NCBI GenBank assembly: GCA_973895155.1
Contig: OZ316896.1
Location: forward strand, 11,794,830 to 11,858,829
Direction: 5' to 3'
Origin: Marsupella aquatica
Lineage: Eukaryota; Plantae; Marchantiophyta
Length of the DNA stretch: 64,000 nucleotides
Shown here: in pieces, positions 13,618 through 25,312 of the stretch
How the letters are laid out: each line of letters begins with the position of its first letter
How positions within the stretch are numbered: the stretch's first letter is position 1
Program-made: the position numbers and the translations under genes
Notes under the pieces: generated by a model
The model's input: only the letters and a program-made list of their open reading frames with translations
The model's database searches: none
Told to the model about the DNA's origin: nothing

Positions 13618-16600
13618 TGTGGTGCGTCCCATGGCTCCCTAAACCCAAGAAACCCCCCAGCTCAAGCCGATTCCCGCAGGTTTCGTGCTTGGCGAGGCCG
13701 TTTCCGCGGCTTAGCGGCATGGGACGCTGCTAACCTTCTACTACTACTATTAACATTTTACACTCATATACTGGACAGATCCTTCATCGGGTCATGAGAT
13801 ACGTAACCGGCCTAATATAGGCCTTCCCCTGTCTTCCCCTGTCTTCCCCTCCGTCTTGTTAGGTATGTTTGGATTCCGCCGCCGGAATGATCCCCAATAG
13901 GCTTGGTTAAGCCGCTAAGACCTCTCTCAGCTCGACACATCCAACTCTCACTCCCCTGCTTACTTTCCTTCCTTCTGTTGATGTGGGCACTCTTCACACA
14001 AGTTAATGCGACACACAAATAGCAAAATGACTCATTCTGACTGAGTCATACCATGCACTTGCCATACAAACAGTACATCTCATACACAAGTTCTGCGAAC
14101 TAAGCCGTGAGGCCAACTCTATTCAGCTCTTAGGCATGAGGAAACATGAATATACACAAGGGTCACTGTATGACTAACCGAGAGCTTCTCGTACTACTTG
14201 ATCCCAGCCCGGCTGGTGCAAACTAAAAACTTGCTAAAGAAGAGGCCCTGAGCTCCCCGCTGCCCAGGTACTTATCCTGGTAGTGGATCCGCCATTCTTT
14301 GCATCGTAAGCCTAATCTACTTAACAGTAATCTACTTGCCCGAATCTACCTATGTACAGCAAGGCAGGAGCACAAGTGTTGCTCCTACCAGTGGGACCGC
14401 AATCCCACTAAGCTAAGTGTCAGGGCCGCTCCTGGTTCTGATCCTAATCCTAAACGTGGAGATCCGCGCCCGCCCTGCCCACTCATGCCTCCTCCCTCCA
14501 CGTCCGCCCTCCCTAAAAGGAACGGCGCCCTTGCACCGTCACGACACCGGTGGTGGATCCTTAATGGACGCCCCCAACGCTTCCTCCTCAGCCACTGCCG
14601 TAGGTTCATTCTCTGACAGATTACCTGCCCTTGACTGAGTCAACTCTCCATCGGCCTGACTGGGTCCACCTTCGGCTTCAGCCTCGACACCGGCCTCGGC
14701 AATACCCACGGCTTCGGCCTCAGCCACTCCCTCGGCTTCGGCCTCCCCTTCCCCTAGGGTAGTTGGATCCCTAGCCGTGACCCTGTCTGGGGTCGATGCT
14801 GGGTCTACCTCCTTGATCACCACGGCCTGTGAAGTCGTATTACTCCTTGACCCTGAAGGTTTCCGCTTCTTCTTCGTTGGTGGCTCGGCAGCTGGTCCCT
14901 TCCCCTTCCCACTTACTTCCGGCACTGGTGCAGGTGGCGCGGCTTGTCCTTCGGCAATTACCACCCCTGGTAACTGGTTTGTCCCAACGGGAGATGGACC
15001 TGCTGTAGCTAAGCATTTAAATACTGCGGCTTGTTTCTTCAGCCGCTCTGTTTGGTTGTCGGCCCGCCGCTGTAGGTTTTCCATCTTCCTCGTGATTTCC
15101 TCCAACTCCTCTTGGGTTTCATCCAGGTCCTTACGTGCCCCCTCCAGCTCGTTTTTGGCCTCCTCCTGCTCCCTGTGGGCTTCCTCCAATTCCTTCTTCA
15201 AGGTAGCCCTCTCCTCCTGGGTTGCTCTTAGCTCCTTGTCGAGCTCTGCAATGATGACAGACTCCATCTGGTTCATCTTGGCGTAAGTCTGTTCGAGCAT
15301 CTCGTCCTTCTCCCTTAGGTCGGCCTTGAAGCTGGCCGTCAGGGACGCAAGCTCCTGCTGTAGCGCCATAATCCCTTGATAGGATTTCCCTAACTCGCCC
15401 TCCTTCTGCTCAAGGGCTCCGCGGATTTTCTCGAGCTCCCCTTTCAACGCCCATTCCTTTCTTTGGGTCTCCGCCATGGCCCGGCTGTTGGCTGTTATGT
15501 GGGCCTCCTCTGTATTCTTCAGCTCTTGCTTCCACTTCTCCCTCTCTTTGATCATGTCGGCCAACTCTTCCTGCGTCTGAGTCAGTTTATCCTTGATATT
15601 CTGATTATCAGCCTGCGCGGTGTCCAACTGCCCCTGCATGATGTTCAGCTCATGTCGTTTAATCCGCAGTTCATCTTGGGCTTTCTTGGCCGCCCTTAGA
15701 TCTTCAATCTCGGCTTCCATCCTCCTAAGCCGCCGAATGACCTCGTCCTTCTTGCTTCTCTCTAAAGCCACCGCTTCTTCTAATTGGTGCTTCTCCAACT
15801 GCTCCCTATGGAAAAAGGGTCCTACCTCCAACTCCTCTCCAAAGATGCCGAGCGCAAGTTCCCCACACATCTCACCATACTCCATGGCTCTATTCTTAGC
15901 GTAGGTGGAGTAAGTAGAAGTGATCGGCATCGCCCATCGTGGCCTCTGCTCCCAAGCCGTCCTACGGATCTCTTCAATCGTGGCTAGAGGTTTGCTTCCT
16001 TTTTCGGCTAGCCGCCTGATGTCCTCCGGCCAATCTCCTCCTGGTAAATCCTTTTCCTTAGCCAGGGCGGCCTCCTCCTCCTGCTTGATTCGCTCCTGAA
16101 ATTCCTGCACCGTCTGTTTTATGCCGTCGAAGCTTGGGGGAGCAACATCTGGTGGGGGAGACTCAGGGCTACTCTGCTGGTTGGGGTCCCCTCGCACTAC
16201 CCTTGGAAGTGTGGGGACAAACCGGCCACAGGTCCTTACTCCTGGAACGTGATGGTCCGACCCATAGCCGGAATTATCATGGCTGCAGTCCTCCACTGCC
16301 TCCTCTACCTCTTGGACGTCCGGCTTCTCCCTCTCCTCTTCGTCGGTAGGAGCTTCAGGCAATTCTGCCTCAGATTCGGAGCTTGAGGTTCCCACGTACA
16401 TTCGAACACCTGGCTTGGATTCCGGCCTGATTCTCTCCTTGTCTCCAGCAAAGGGGTTTTCTCTTGTGAGCCGGTGTAGGCCTACCTCTGTAGTAGTGTC
16501 CTGCATTGTTGCCGTTGCCGTTGTTGTTGCCGATGCCGATTTCTTTTCTTTCTCCAGTAGTTTCAGCAGACTCTGCATGCCTGGTTGCTGCATCGGCAAG

Positions 16601-18253
16601 TCTTCCTTCCTGGGCCTAAACACCTACTCGATCGTAGGACTAACAGGTGGTTGAGGCTTCTCAGCCAACGGCCTCGGCGTTGGAGCTTCCTCGGGTGCCC
16701 TTACCTGCAGGGGAAGTACCGGGGCAAAAGTCTGGCCTCTGGCATACCGGCACAACAGCGGCATGTGATAGCCAAGCCGCGACACGCTCCCCATGCCGAT
16801 TACCTGCTGCTCCTCCTTTAAGATCTTCTTCAATTGGTTGAGGAGGTACCCGTTGTAGTCCCGGCTTGGGTCTGGCCTTTCTGCCAGATAGACCTGTGCC
16901 TTGCCGATCTCTGCCCTCGGCAAGTTACAATGCATGGTCACCCGCAAGAAGTCGATCATCTCTCCTATGTGCGGGTTGGTGCAGGTGTTCCGGAAGAAGC
17001 CATTCTTCGTTGATGGCCCGGGGAACGACCGGAACTCCTTGTCAGGCAGGGTCTTCCTGGTATCAACTTTGGTCTTATTGCCTATCGGCAAGCCAAACAC
17101 TTCGGCAATTACCTTGGGAGTAAGATAGAAATCCTTCCCATATATCCTCGTGCAATTGGTCTCGGGTTCCCATGACCCCACGAATTCTAATAGGTCTGAC
17201 TCCGGTACCTCCGGCTTCAGCCATGGTAATCTTACAAAGGCCTCCAAGCCGGATCCGGCCATGAAGCCTTGGTACTTCTTGGTCTGCATGGCCGTAAAGC
17301 ATGCATCCTCCTCCCGTGCAAAATGTAGTTGCACCTCCACCGGTAGGGTTGCCGCCCAGCCCTTCCAGGTGTCATCCCTGGTTGGAATGGCCTTGATGGG
17401 ATCGACCTCCTCCTCTTCGGCTTCTCCCTGCCTCCTGCTCTGCTGCTCGGCTGGCCTCTTTGGTGCCGCCGACCTCGTTCTTTTTGCCGGGGTGGCTTCA
17501 TCGTTGACGGCCCCCTTCCTCTTCATCTCTGCTGCCGTGGAGGTTTCTCCTAGCACCGTTGCCTGGGTCCACCTTTCCGTGCTACCCTTTAATTCCCAGT
17601 GTATGTCGTTGCAATTCTTGATGGCCTCTCGGATGCCGACGACGCTGTCTTTGCAAAACAGAAGATCGTCGAGTTGATTGGAAGTAGGCGTCCACAGGAA
17701 CTCGTCCTTGATGAGTTCGCCTCCTAAGAAAGCCGTCTTCTGCAGCTCCCACAATCGAGCGAGCTCCTGCCGTTCTTGAGCTGCCCTTTCTGACTCCTCG
17801 TCCTCGTAAGTCTTGATGTACTCAGTTGCCCGTTCGAACAGGCATCCCTAGAAATGTGCCGCTTGATTGACGTTGCTCATATCCTCCTTAGGTCGATCGT
17901 CGGTTTCTACTCTCTCCCCGAGTGCTTGCCTAAGCAGCTGACAGTAGTTGGCCTCCCGTAGTCGTCTGCCTAGTTCGTGCTCGCAAATGAGCCACCATCT
18001 CCTGCAAGCGCTCCTTACCCCTCTCCTCTGCCGGTCCTTCTTCCCGTTGATCCTTCCTAGCCGCCGACGCTTAACGCGCCCTAACCCTAATCGGGTTTTC
18101 ACCCTCAGCCTTACCTCCGGCCTCTGCCCGGGTTCCATGGTTGCCCCTAATTGTTTATATTTTCCTTGTTTTGTCCCTATACTAAGGTGTTCCTAGGGTG
18201 CCTTCCTGCTTTACCCACTTAACCGGCCGAGTGATTCCTGTCTAGGCATCACA
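13618..18253 (-). mobile_element. 4.6-kb TG...CA element, copy 1 (protein-coding solo-LTR-like unit)
   Basis: Termini TGTGGTGC...GCATCACA; 5-bp TSD GTAGT (13613-13617, 18254-18258). It splits the Gypsy RNase H at HHY|LLG. No gag/pol and no terminal direct repeats. Confidence 0.92.
14539..18138 (-). pseudogene. ~1199-codon ORF: N-terminal plant-transposon/PMD-like region, long coiled coil, basic NLS-like KKKRK; two nonsense mutations
   Basis: ORFs 17848-18138, 16624-17754 and 14539-16623 lie in one frame. TAG at 17848 is TGG in copy 2; TAG at 16624 is CAA/CAG in copies 2/3. Motif FYLTPKVIAEVFGLP. Confidence 0.85.
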
Positions 18254-19014
18254 GTAGTGATGAAATTTTTTGCAAGAAAAAACAATGCCCAGAACTTCAC
18301 GTTCAGTGGTGGAATAATTTTGCTCGGCACTATTGAGTTGACGACTGGCAAAGTAAATAGGGTGGTGCTTATCACGCTCATCTTTCTAACTCAACTCAAT
18401 CCCTATGCAAAACTTAGAAGTATCCACAAAAACATGAAACTTTTTTGACCAATTAGGAGGGAGAAGGACTGGAGCTACAGTCAACGTATGTTTGAGGGTG
18501 AGGAAGACATTGTCTTGTGCCTCATTCCACTCATAAGGCACATCCTTTTTAAGAAGTTGATTAAGAGGTGTGGCGAGAACAGGATAACCCTCAATAAATT
18601 GTCTATAATACCCAACATAGCCCCAAAACCCCCTTAACTCACGCAAATTAGTGGGCACTTCTAAGGCAAGGATGACTGTAATTTTATCATGATCAACAAC
18701 AATGCCTCTCTGCAAAATTTTGTGACCCAATAAAATGCCCTCTGTCATCCCGAAGAAACATTTTTCAGGGTGCAAACACAAGCCAGCCTCACGACACTTA
18801 GCAAAGGTCTTCCTTAGTTTCTCCAAATGGTCCTTTTCACCACTGAAAACACAAAAATCATCGATAAAAATCTCCAAGAAATCACGCAGGTAATCCTGAA
18901 AAATAACAGCCATTAGCCTTTGAAAAGTTGTTGGGGCATTACACAACCCAAGGGCATGCGAGAAAATGCATAAGTACCCCAATCAGTTGTGAATGTAGTT
19001 TTAGACTGATCTGA
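18254..19014 (-). pseudogene. Gypsy RT core and RNase H start
   Basis: GLCNAPTTFQRLM, IFIDDFCV, KCFF, LRGF.G..GYYR.FI, FHVFVDTS. Confidence 0.9.
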
Positions 19015-19015
19015 T

Positions 19016-20498
19016 TACGGACCCCCATTAGGGGTCTCTTGCAAATTCTCTGCCATGAGGTTGCGCCACATCATCACAACTAGCCACAAACAGGAATGAT
19101 CCTACTTTTAACAATAACAAACGTGCACATTCCTGTTTGTGGCAAAAGCAACGTAATTTTTGGGGCGCCATGCCGTAAATACTAAACGTAAAAAAAACCA
19201 AACTACATAGGAAGAGATGTCATTTAGTAAAACAAAGTTACCATTTTGATGTTTGTCAAAGATATATCAATGTTTTATATCAAAATGTTTGTATTTTTTA
19301 ATTGTTTACAAGTTTGAAAAAATCAATCGATAGAAATGTACATAATTAAAACCCATTTGGCTTCACATTGTAAAACTAAATAGTAAATCTCCTTAGTACT
19401 TGATAAAATTTTCCAATGTTTGATTCATTGGAAATTCAAGATCAAGATTTAGAAACTCGTGATCTCTTTAGTAATGTCTTAATAAAATCTCTCAATGTCA
19501 CTCATTAGAAAGCTAGAGTAAAATTAAAAACTCATCATCTCCTTAATACTTGACAAAATCTATCAATGTTAGGTTCATTGGAAAGCTAGAGAAATTTGGA
19601 TAGTCATGATCTCCCTATTTCTTGACAAATAATCTCAATGTCACACATTAGAAAGCTAAAAAGATTGAAAACCTCCTGATCTTTTGAGCACCGTGACAAA
19701 ATCTGACATAAAATTTTGTAAATATCAGACTCAATGTTAGAAAGCCAAAAGAATTCATGAACTCATAATCAAAATTTCTTGTACTAACACTCATTGGAAA
19801 GGCAAAGATATTCAAAAACTCACATGGAACTTGACAAAATTTGTCAATTTGAGGCTCATTGGAAACCCTTTCTCGATTAAGAGATATCACAATCTCGTCA
19901 CCGTCACAAACTTAGCCGCTACAAATCTTCTTTGATTACGTCACCATCGCTTGTCCACAATGCTTGCTTCCCGGCTTGAATTGTTTGCATCTCTTAGATA
20001 GTCTTCAACTAAAGCTCACTCTGAACACAGGTTGACGCCAAATGCAGCCTCTATGTCAAAGAAACAATTGTTGGTCTTCCCCTCACACCATAGCTTTTTT
20101 AAATAAAAATAACCACAAATCCTTTGTTTGAAGTGACAACTCGTTTGTTTTGTGTGAACATGCTTCCCACCAAATTGACAAGCGCTCTTTTGCCAACAGC
20201 TGAGTGTTGTGCTCTAGTCTGTCTTGTGGCGGTAACGTTCAATGTAACTCACAAACAATCAATGAAGAATGGTTGAAAGATTATTTCTCCAATGTGTAAG
20301 CAAAACCTATAAGAAAACTCAATTCCTCCGCATTCAACCTTCTGTTTGATTAATCTCTATCTTTTGAGCATTTGTTTTTGTACGAGCACACACCAACACT
20401 ATCGGGAGACTCAAAACCGTTGGTTACCGCCTTGATGAAAATTGATTTCACTTAATCACACAAACATTCCTTGGATGAACATGGGGGTCCACGGATTA
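19016..20498. mobile_element. ~1.5-kb non-coding insertion in the RT gene with asymmetric subterminal inverted repeats (Helitron2/Helentron-like, tentative)
   Basis: Removal restores GYNQVFIRK|SDQSKTT. GGACCCCCAT at 19019-19028 and ATGGGGGTCC at 20481-20490; left-end hairpin GACCCC-CATTA-GGGGTC; internal CATTGGAAA/CTTGACAAAAT repeats. Confidence 0.6.
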
Positions 20499-21045
20499 AT
20501 TTTCTAATAAAAACCTGGTTATAACCTGAGAACCTGTCTAAAAAACTATACAATTCCTTACCGGCAACTTGATCTAGAATTGTATTTGTAAATGGTAAGG
20601 GATGAAAGTCCTTTTTAGTAGCCGCATTTAATTTCCTATAATCCTGACATACTCTAATTTTTACTTTCCCATCCGGTCCTGGTTTTTTAGGAACTATAAC
20701 TATAGGCGATACCCATTCACTACTTAGGACAGGGTAAATACAACCAGCCTCTTTTAATTTGTCTAATTCTATTTTAACCATGAGGGAATACTTGGGATTT
20801 AGTCTACACTGACGCTGCCTAATGAATATAGCACCTTCTACTAAATCTATATGGTGTTCACCTAAAGTAGAAGAAATTCCTTTTAGATCATGATGACTCC
20901 AGACAAAAATATCTTTATATTCGTATAAAAGATCCTTGTATGCTTGTTTGGTAACATCATCCAAATTTCTCCCTATGTTAAACGTTTTATCCCTTTCTAG
21001 TTCTAGCTTAGCATATTGATTATTTTTAACCATACCCTCAGTCAT
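20499..21045 (-). pseudogene. Gypsy RT N-terminal part
   Basis: YKDIFVWS..HHIDL..RLNP..EWVSPIVIVPKK..CQDYRKLN..FHPLP..FSGYNQ. Confidence 0.9.
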
Positions 21046-21531
21046 GCTAGCAGACTCTTGAAAATACGCAGAGCTTCAACATCTGGGGCACCAAAGTCCT
21101 CTATTTCAGCAAAATTAACGGCTACCGGAGGCATTTTATATTTTCTACGCCTAGAACTAAGAAGTGGTTTTAGTTGTTTTCTATACAAAGCATTATTTCT
21201 CCACAATTCTCCAAAAGTTACCATCGCTTGAGCATTAGCCACATCCTTAACTATGTCATAGCCTACTTTTTCATCTACTCTAACTCCCTGAAAATTTGGC
21301 TTATCCTCAAAAGAAACATGCTTGGGCTTCACTACAGTATTTTGTGCATTAGCTTTGAGCTCTTGCTTAATAGGATGTAGCTGTTAAGGTTTGTTTAACG
21401 CTCTTCCAGGAAATAGTTGTGCCTCCACTAAGAAAGACATATCCCGTTTGAGATTTTGCAGTGTTGGCATCTGAAAGATAACCAGCATCAGCATATCCTA
21501 CAATCTCGTGTGTAGAGTTAAATGGAAAAAA

Positions 21532-22764
21532 TTAACTCGTGTCTGTATATCCATGTAAGTAATGGAATATATGTTTAACACTGTTCCAATGGCGAGTAGT
21601 GGGGTTTGCGCTATGTCTTGCTAAGAGATTCACTACAAATGAAATGTCTGGTCGAGTTTGGTTAGCTAAGTACATGAGTGCACCTATAGCTGATAGGTAA
21701 GGGGTTTCAGGTCCTAAGGTTGGTTCATGTTCTTCGCATTTGCGAAAAACATCACTACTATTTTCTAAGGATCTGACTACCATTGGTGGGTGAGCTAAAT
21801 GCATGTTAAACTGTTTAAGGATTTTCTCTGTATATGCGGTTTGATGTAATAAAATGCCAGTGGGCAAGGTGTCGAGTTGTAGACCAAGGCAAAAGCTAGT
21901 TTTACCAAGGTCATTCATCTCGAAAGTGGACTTTAAGGTGTTGATGGTATATTCTGTAATTTTTGGAGTGCCAAAAATGTTTAAATCATCGACATAGATA
22001 GCAATGATGACAAATTTGTCATCAACATGCTTAATAAATAGGCATGGTGCAATAGCATCATGGGAGAATCCCATGGAAATCATCTCATCTATAAATCCTT
22101 GATACCATACTCTGCCACTTTGTTTAAGGCCATATAGAGCCTTCAACACGCGGATAGCTAGTCCGCGGCGAGTATGCCGTACGGTGGACACAGCGGTGTC
22201 AGAATGTGTATTAGACACATTAGTAGAAGGATGAGATGATGTTGTAATGAGCTTATGTAAATATGGAATATGGGATTTAGCTCCTTGAGCTAAAGCACGT
22301 TTACGTGCTTCTAGTTCCGGTGGTGCACGCATATAAATACACGTGTCCAATGTCCCATAAAGGTATCAATAGCGACATCCATTTGTTGCATTTTTAGTTT
22401 ATGAAAAATTTCAAAACTGATAAGGTATCAAAAAGTTATGGTATCCATTACTGGTGAGTAGGTCTCATCGTAATGGATGCCATGTTGTTGAGTAAAGCCT
22501 TTCCCGACTAAGCGGGCTTTATAATGGCTAAGCGGGCTTTATAACGGACAACTTGTCATTTTTTTTACGGATAAAGGTCCATTTATATCCAATTAAATGA
22601 ACATCCGGTGGTGTTAATTCCACCGGTCCAAAGGTGTTTCGACTTAGTAGAGAATCAAGTTCTCCATTAATAGCTTCTTGCCACTTAGGCCAGTCGAGTC
22701 TATTTTGGCATTCTAAAATGGTTAATGGTTCTGGTGTTTCATCCGTGATGGTTTTAGCAACCAT
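21532..22764 (-). pseudogene. Copia reverse transcriptase (frameshifted)
   Basis: DWPKWQEAI, IGYKW, LYGLKQSGR, YVDDL, PYLSAIGALMYL, RPDI; small tandem duplication at ~22508-22545. Confidence 0.9.
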
Positions 22765-24073
22765 GGATGCAAAACATTCATTTGGAATGGTGGTTTGTCG
22801 ATTCTATTCCAGACTTCACTAGAATGGGTGTAATGGATTGATATTTCGTCATTACTTGGAGAAGAATTCAAAGTAATGATTGGTGAATCAGGTACAGACG
22901 ATGGCCTTCTACGTGGTTGTTTATCTTTTGCACCAAGGGGTCGACCTCGTTTAGGTCAAGGTTGGTGAGTTCCAGCTATATCAACTGGAATTTGTATCCT
23001 TGCTGGTGCATTTGCCGCAGGGATATGAGAATGAGTTACCTGTGTGATATCCACAAAGGAATCAGGTAACTCCTCCACTATCTTGTGGAGTTGTAAGATG
23101 CGTTGTACTTCCTTCTCCCCCTGGTTTGTTCTGATGTCCTCCCAAAATGGAGAAGTACGTTCCCACTCCAAAAGTGGTGGTGGGTTTGTGTCAGGGTTAT
23201 GTAGTTTGGGAAAGATATTTTCATCAAAGTGGCAGTCTGCAAATCTAGCCTTGAAAAGATCACCTGTGGTAGGTTCTAACTATCGGATAATGGACGGAGA
23301 GTCGTATCCGACATAGATCCCCAACTATCGTTGAGGTCCCATCTTTGTTTGTTTGGGTGGAGAACTTATGGGAACCATAACTTGGCATCCAAACGATCGA
23401 AGATGAGATAGGTCAGGTTGCCTACCATTATTCAGGTGATAAGGGCTATAATCATTAAATGTAGATGGTCTATATTGGATTAAGGCATTAGCATGTAATA
23501 TAGCATGGCCCCATGCAGTAACAGGGAGTTGAGTTTGCATTAGTAAAGGACGTGCAATAAGCTGTAAGCACTTGATGATTGCTTCAGCCAATCCATTTTG
23601 AAAATGGACATGCGGGACTGGGTATTGAATATCAATACCAAGTGATGCGCAAAAATCATCAAAAGTAGATGATGTAAACTCCCCCGCATTATCTACGCGC
23701 AAAGTCTTAATGGGTTGGTCTGGAAATTGTGCTTTAAGTCACAGAATTTGTGTCAAAATTTGGGGAATGATTAAGTTGCGTGTGGAAAGGAGAGTCACAT
23801 TTGACCATTTTGTTGATGCATCAATTATCCCCATAAAGTAGCGGAATGGCTGGGTGGGTTAATAGGGCCGCAAATGTCAGCATGTAAAAAGGCTAGGAAT
23901 TCACGTATTTTGTTTGGCAATTTGGAAAATTAAGGTTTAGCAATTAGTTTGCCTTGTGAGCATGCTGAGCATGGCATGGTGATGGCTATGTGGCGAATAT
24001 TGGTTGGAATGCCTTGAGTATGCTTCTTTACTTTGTTCAGCATAGATTGGCCAGGGTGGCCTAGGCGTGTATG

Positions 24074-25312
24074 CTATAGCTTGTTTAAAGGGTTGGATTG
24101 AAGTGTATTATATAAGCATTCAATGTGTGTTAGATAAAACCCACATGAGTACGAGAATAAAGTTTCTTTAATGATTTTGCCTAGAGGTGTATCTTCAACA
24201 ATATGAAGAACCTCTTGGGAATTAGTATTTCCAGTTTGGACATGGAGTCCATTTGCTCGCAAATCTCTGAAACTTAAAAGGTTTCTAGTGGCTTGTGGTG
24301 CATATATGGCTGATTCTATATGTATTTTTGTTCCTTGAGGTAACCTCAAAGAGGCTGGACCGTAACCCTCTTCTATTTGGTTAGAACCATTTATAGTCAT
24401 AATTGAACGACTAGAGGGTGTGATTCTATGAAATAGTTTTCTATCCCGTAGGATAGAGTGTGTGGTACCGCTATCAATTATGCATGTGTTCAAGCCATCT
24501 AGCTCTATTGGTGTAGATGTGGATGCAACTAAGTGAGTTTCAGGGTTTGCTTCGAAATCCTGGAATGGATCGTGAGATTCCATGAAAGTACCATGGGTCT
24601 CGCGTGGTGTGACATCCAATTTTGTCTCCTTAAGGGAATGCTGATATAGTTCCCTAAGGCGTTTCGGGATTCTACAGTTATGACCAAGATGGTTGCTCAT
24701 ACCACATTGGTGGCATACCATCAGAGATGAGCGTTGAGATCTCCTAGGTTGGCTGTTTTGCCTATAGTTTCCGCCTTTGTGGTTTCTAGTTAATCTACCG
24801 CCTCTGGGGCGTTGTTGGTTATGTCCATTGAATGGACGGTGTTTAAAGTTTCGTTGTTGTCTATGGTTAAAATAACTCCCCCTATTGGAGTTATTGTTAT
24901 GTTTTCTGCCTTTACTTTGTTTGGTGGATTTACGGTTTGTCTGGCTTGAGGTAGAAGCTTCACCGTTTTGTACGGTGTGTGCTTCTATTAATTGTGTGGT
25001 TGCTAAGGTTCCTGCTGGGCGCTTCTTTGAGTTTATTAGCAGTAGCTGTTGCTGTTGTTCAACAACTAGTAGGTGTGATAAGAGTTCAGAGTATTGCGTA
25101 AACTTCATGTTGCGATATTGAGTCGCAAGCACTAGGTTTGTAGAATGAAAAGTGGATAAGGTCTTTTCTAATAGGTCATCATTGGATGTTGTCTCACCGC
25201 ATAGGGTAAGGGTAGAGGTTATCTTGAATAGTTCATTATTGTAGGTTGAGACGGAAGTGAAGTCTTGAACCCTGAGGTTCATCCAGTCTTGTTTGGCTCG
25301 AGGTAGCGCCAC
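24074..25312 (-). pseudogene. Copia gag/zinc knuckle/protease
   Basis: W.NLR.QDF.SV..YN, EKTLSTFH, CX2CX4HX4C-like knuckle, DSGTTH. Confidence 0.88.

Larger units (their letters stand above)
12096..21370 (-). mobile_element. Ty3/Gypsy retrotransposon internal region (gag/PR remnant, RT, RNase H, integrase) carrying two nested insertions
   Basis: RT: SEWVSPIVIVPKK, CQDYRKLN, FSGYNQV..DQSKTTF, GLCNAPTTFQR, IFIDDF. RNase H: FVDTSK, KFHHY|LLG, TDHNSL, RIARWILLLQEF. Integrase: GGHF..CDPCQ, KWGIDFV, VSDRGTHF, NGLMER, GPY. Confidence 0.95.

Noticed and set aside
13618-13720. N-terminus of the 513-aa integrase ORF as a real start
   Set aside because: A chance in-frame read from the inserted element's terminus.
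13618-13800. Hammerhead or twister ribozyme at the element end
   Set aside because: No CUGANGA/GAAA core in the right arrangement (only CCGATGA) and no twister consensus; kept only as a generic structure.
16621-16626. Programmed stop-codon readthrough between the 376-aa and 694-aa ORFs
   Set aside because: The other copies have CAA/CAG here, so the TAG is a copy-specific C>T mutation.
14299-18196. Many plus-strand ORFs over the 4.6-kb element (and over copies 2 and 3)
   Set aside because: Antisense shadows of a GC-rich coding strand with no recognisable motifs.
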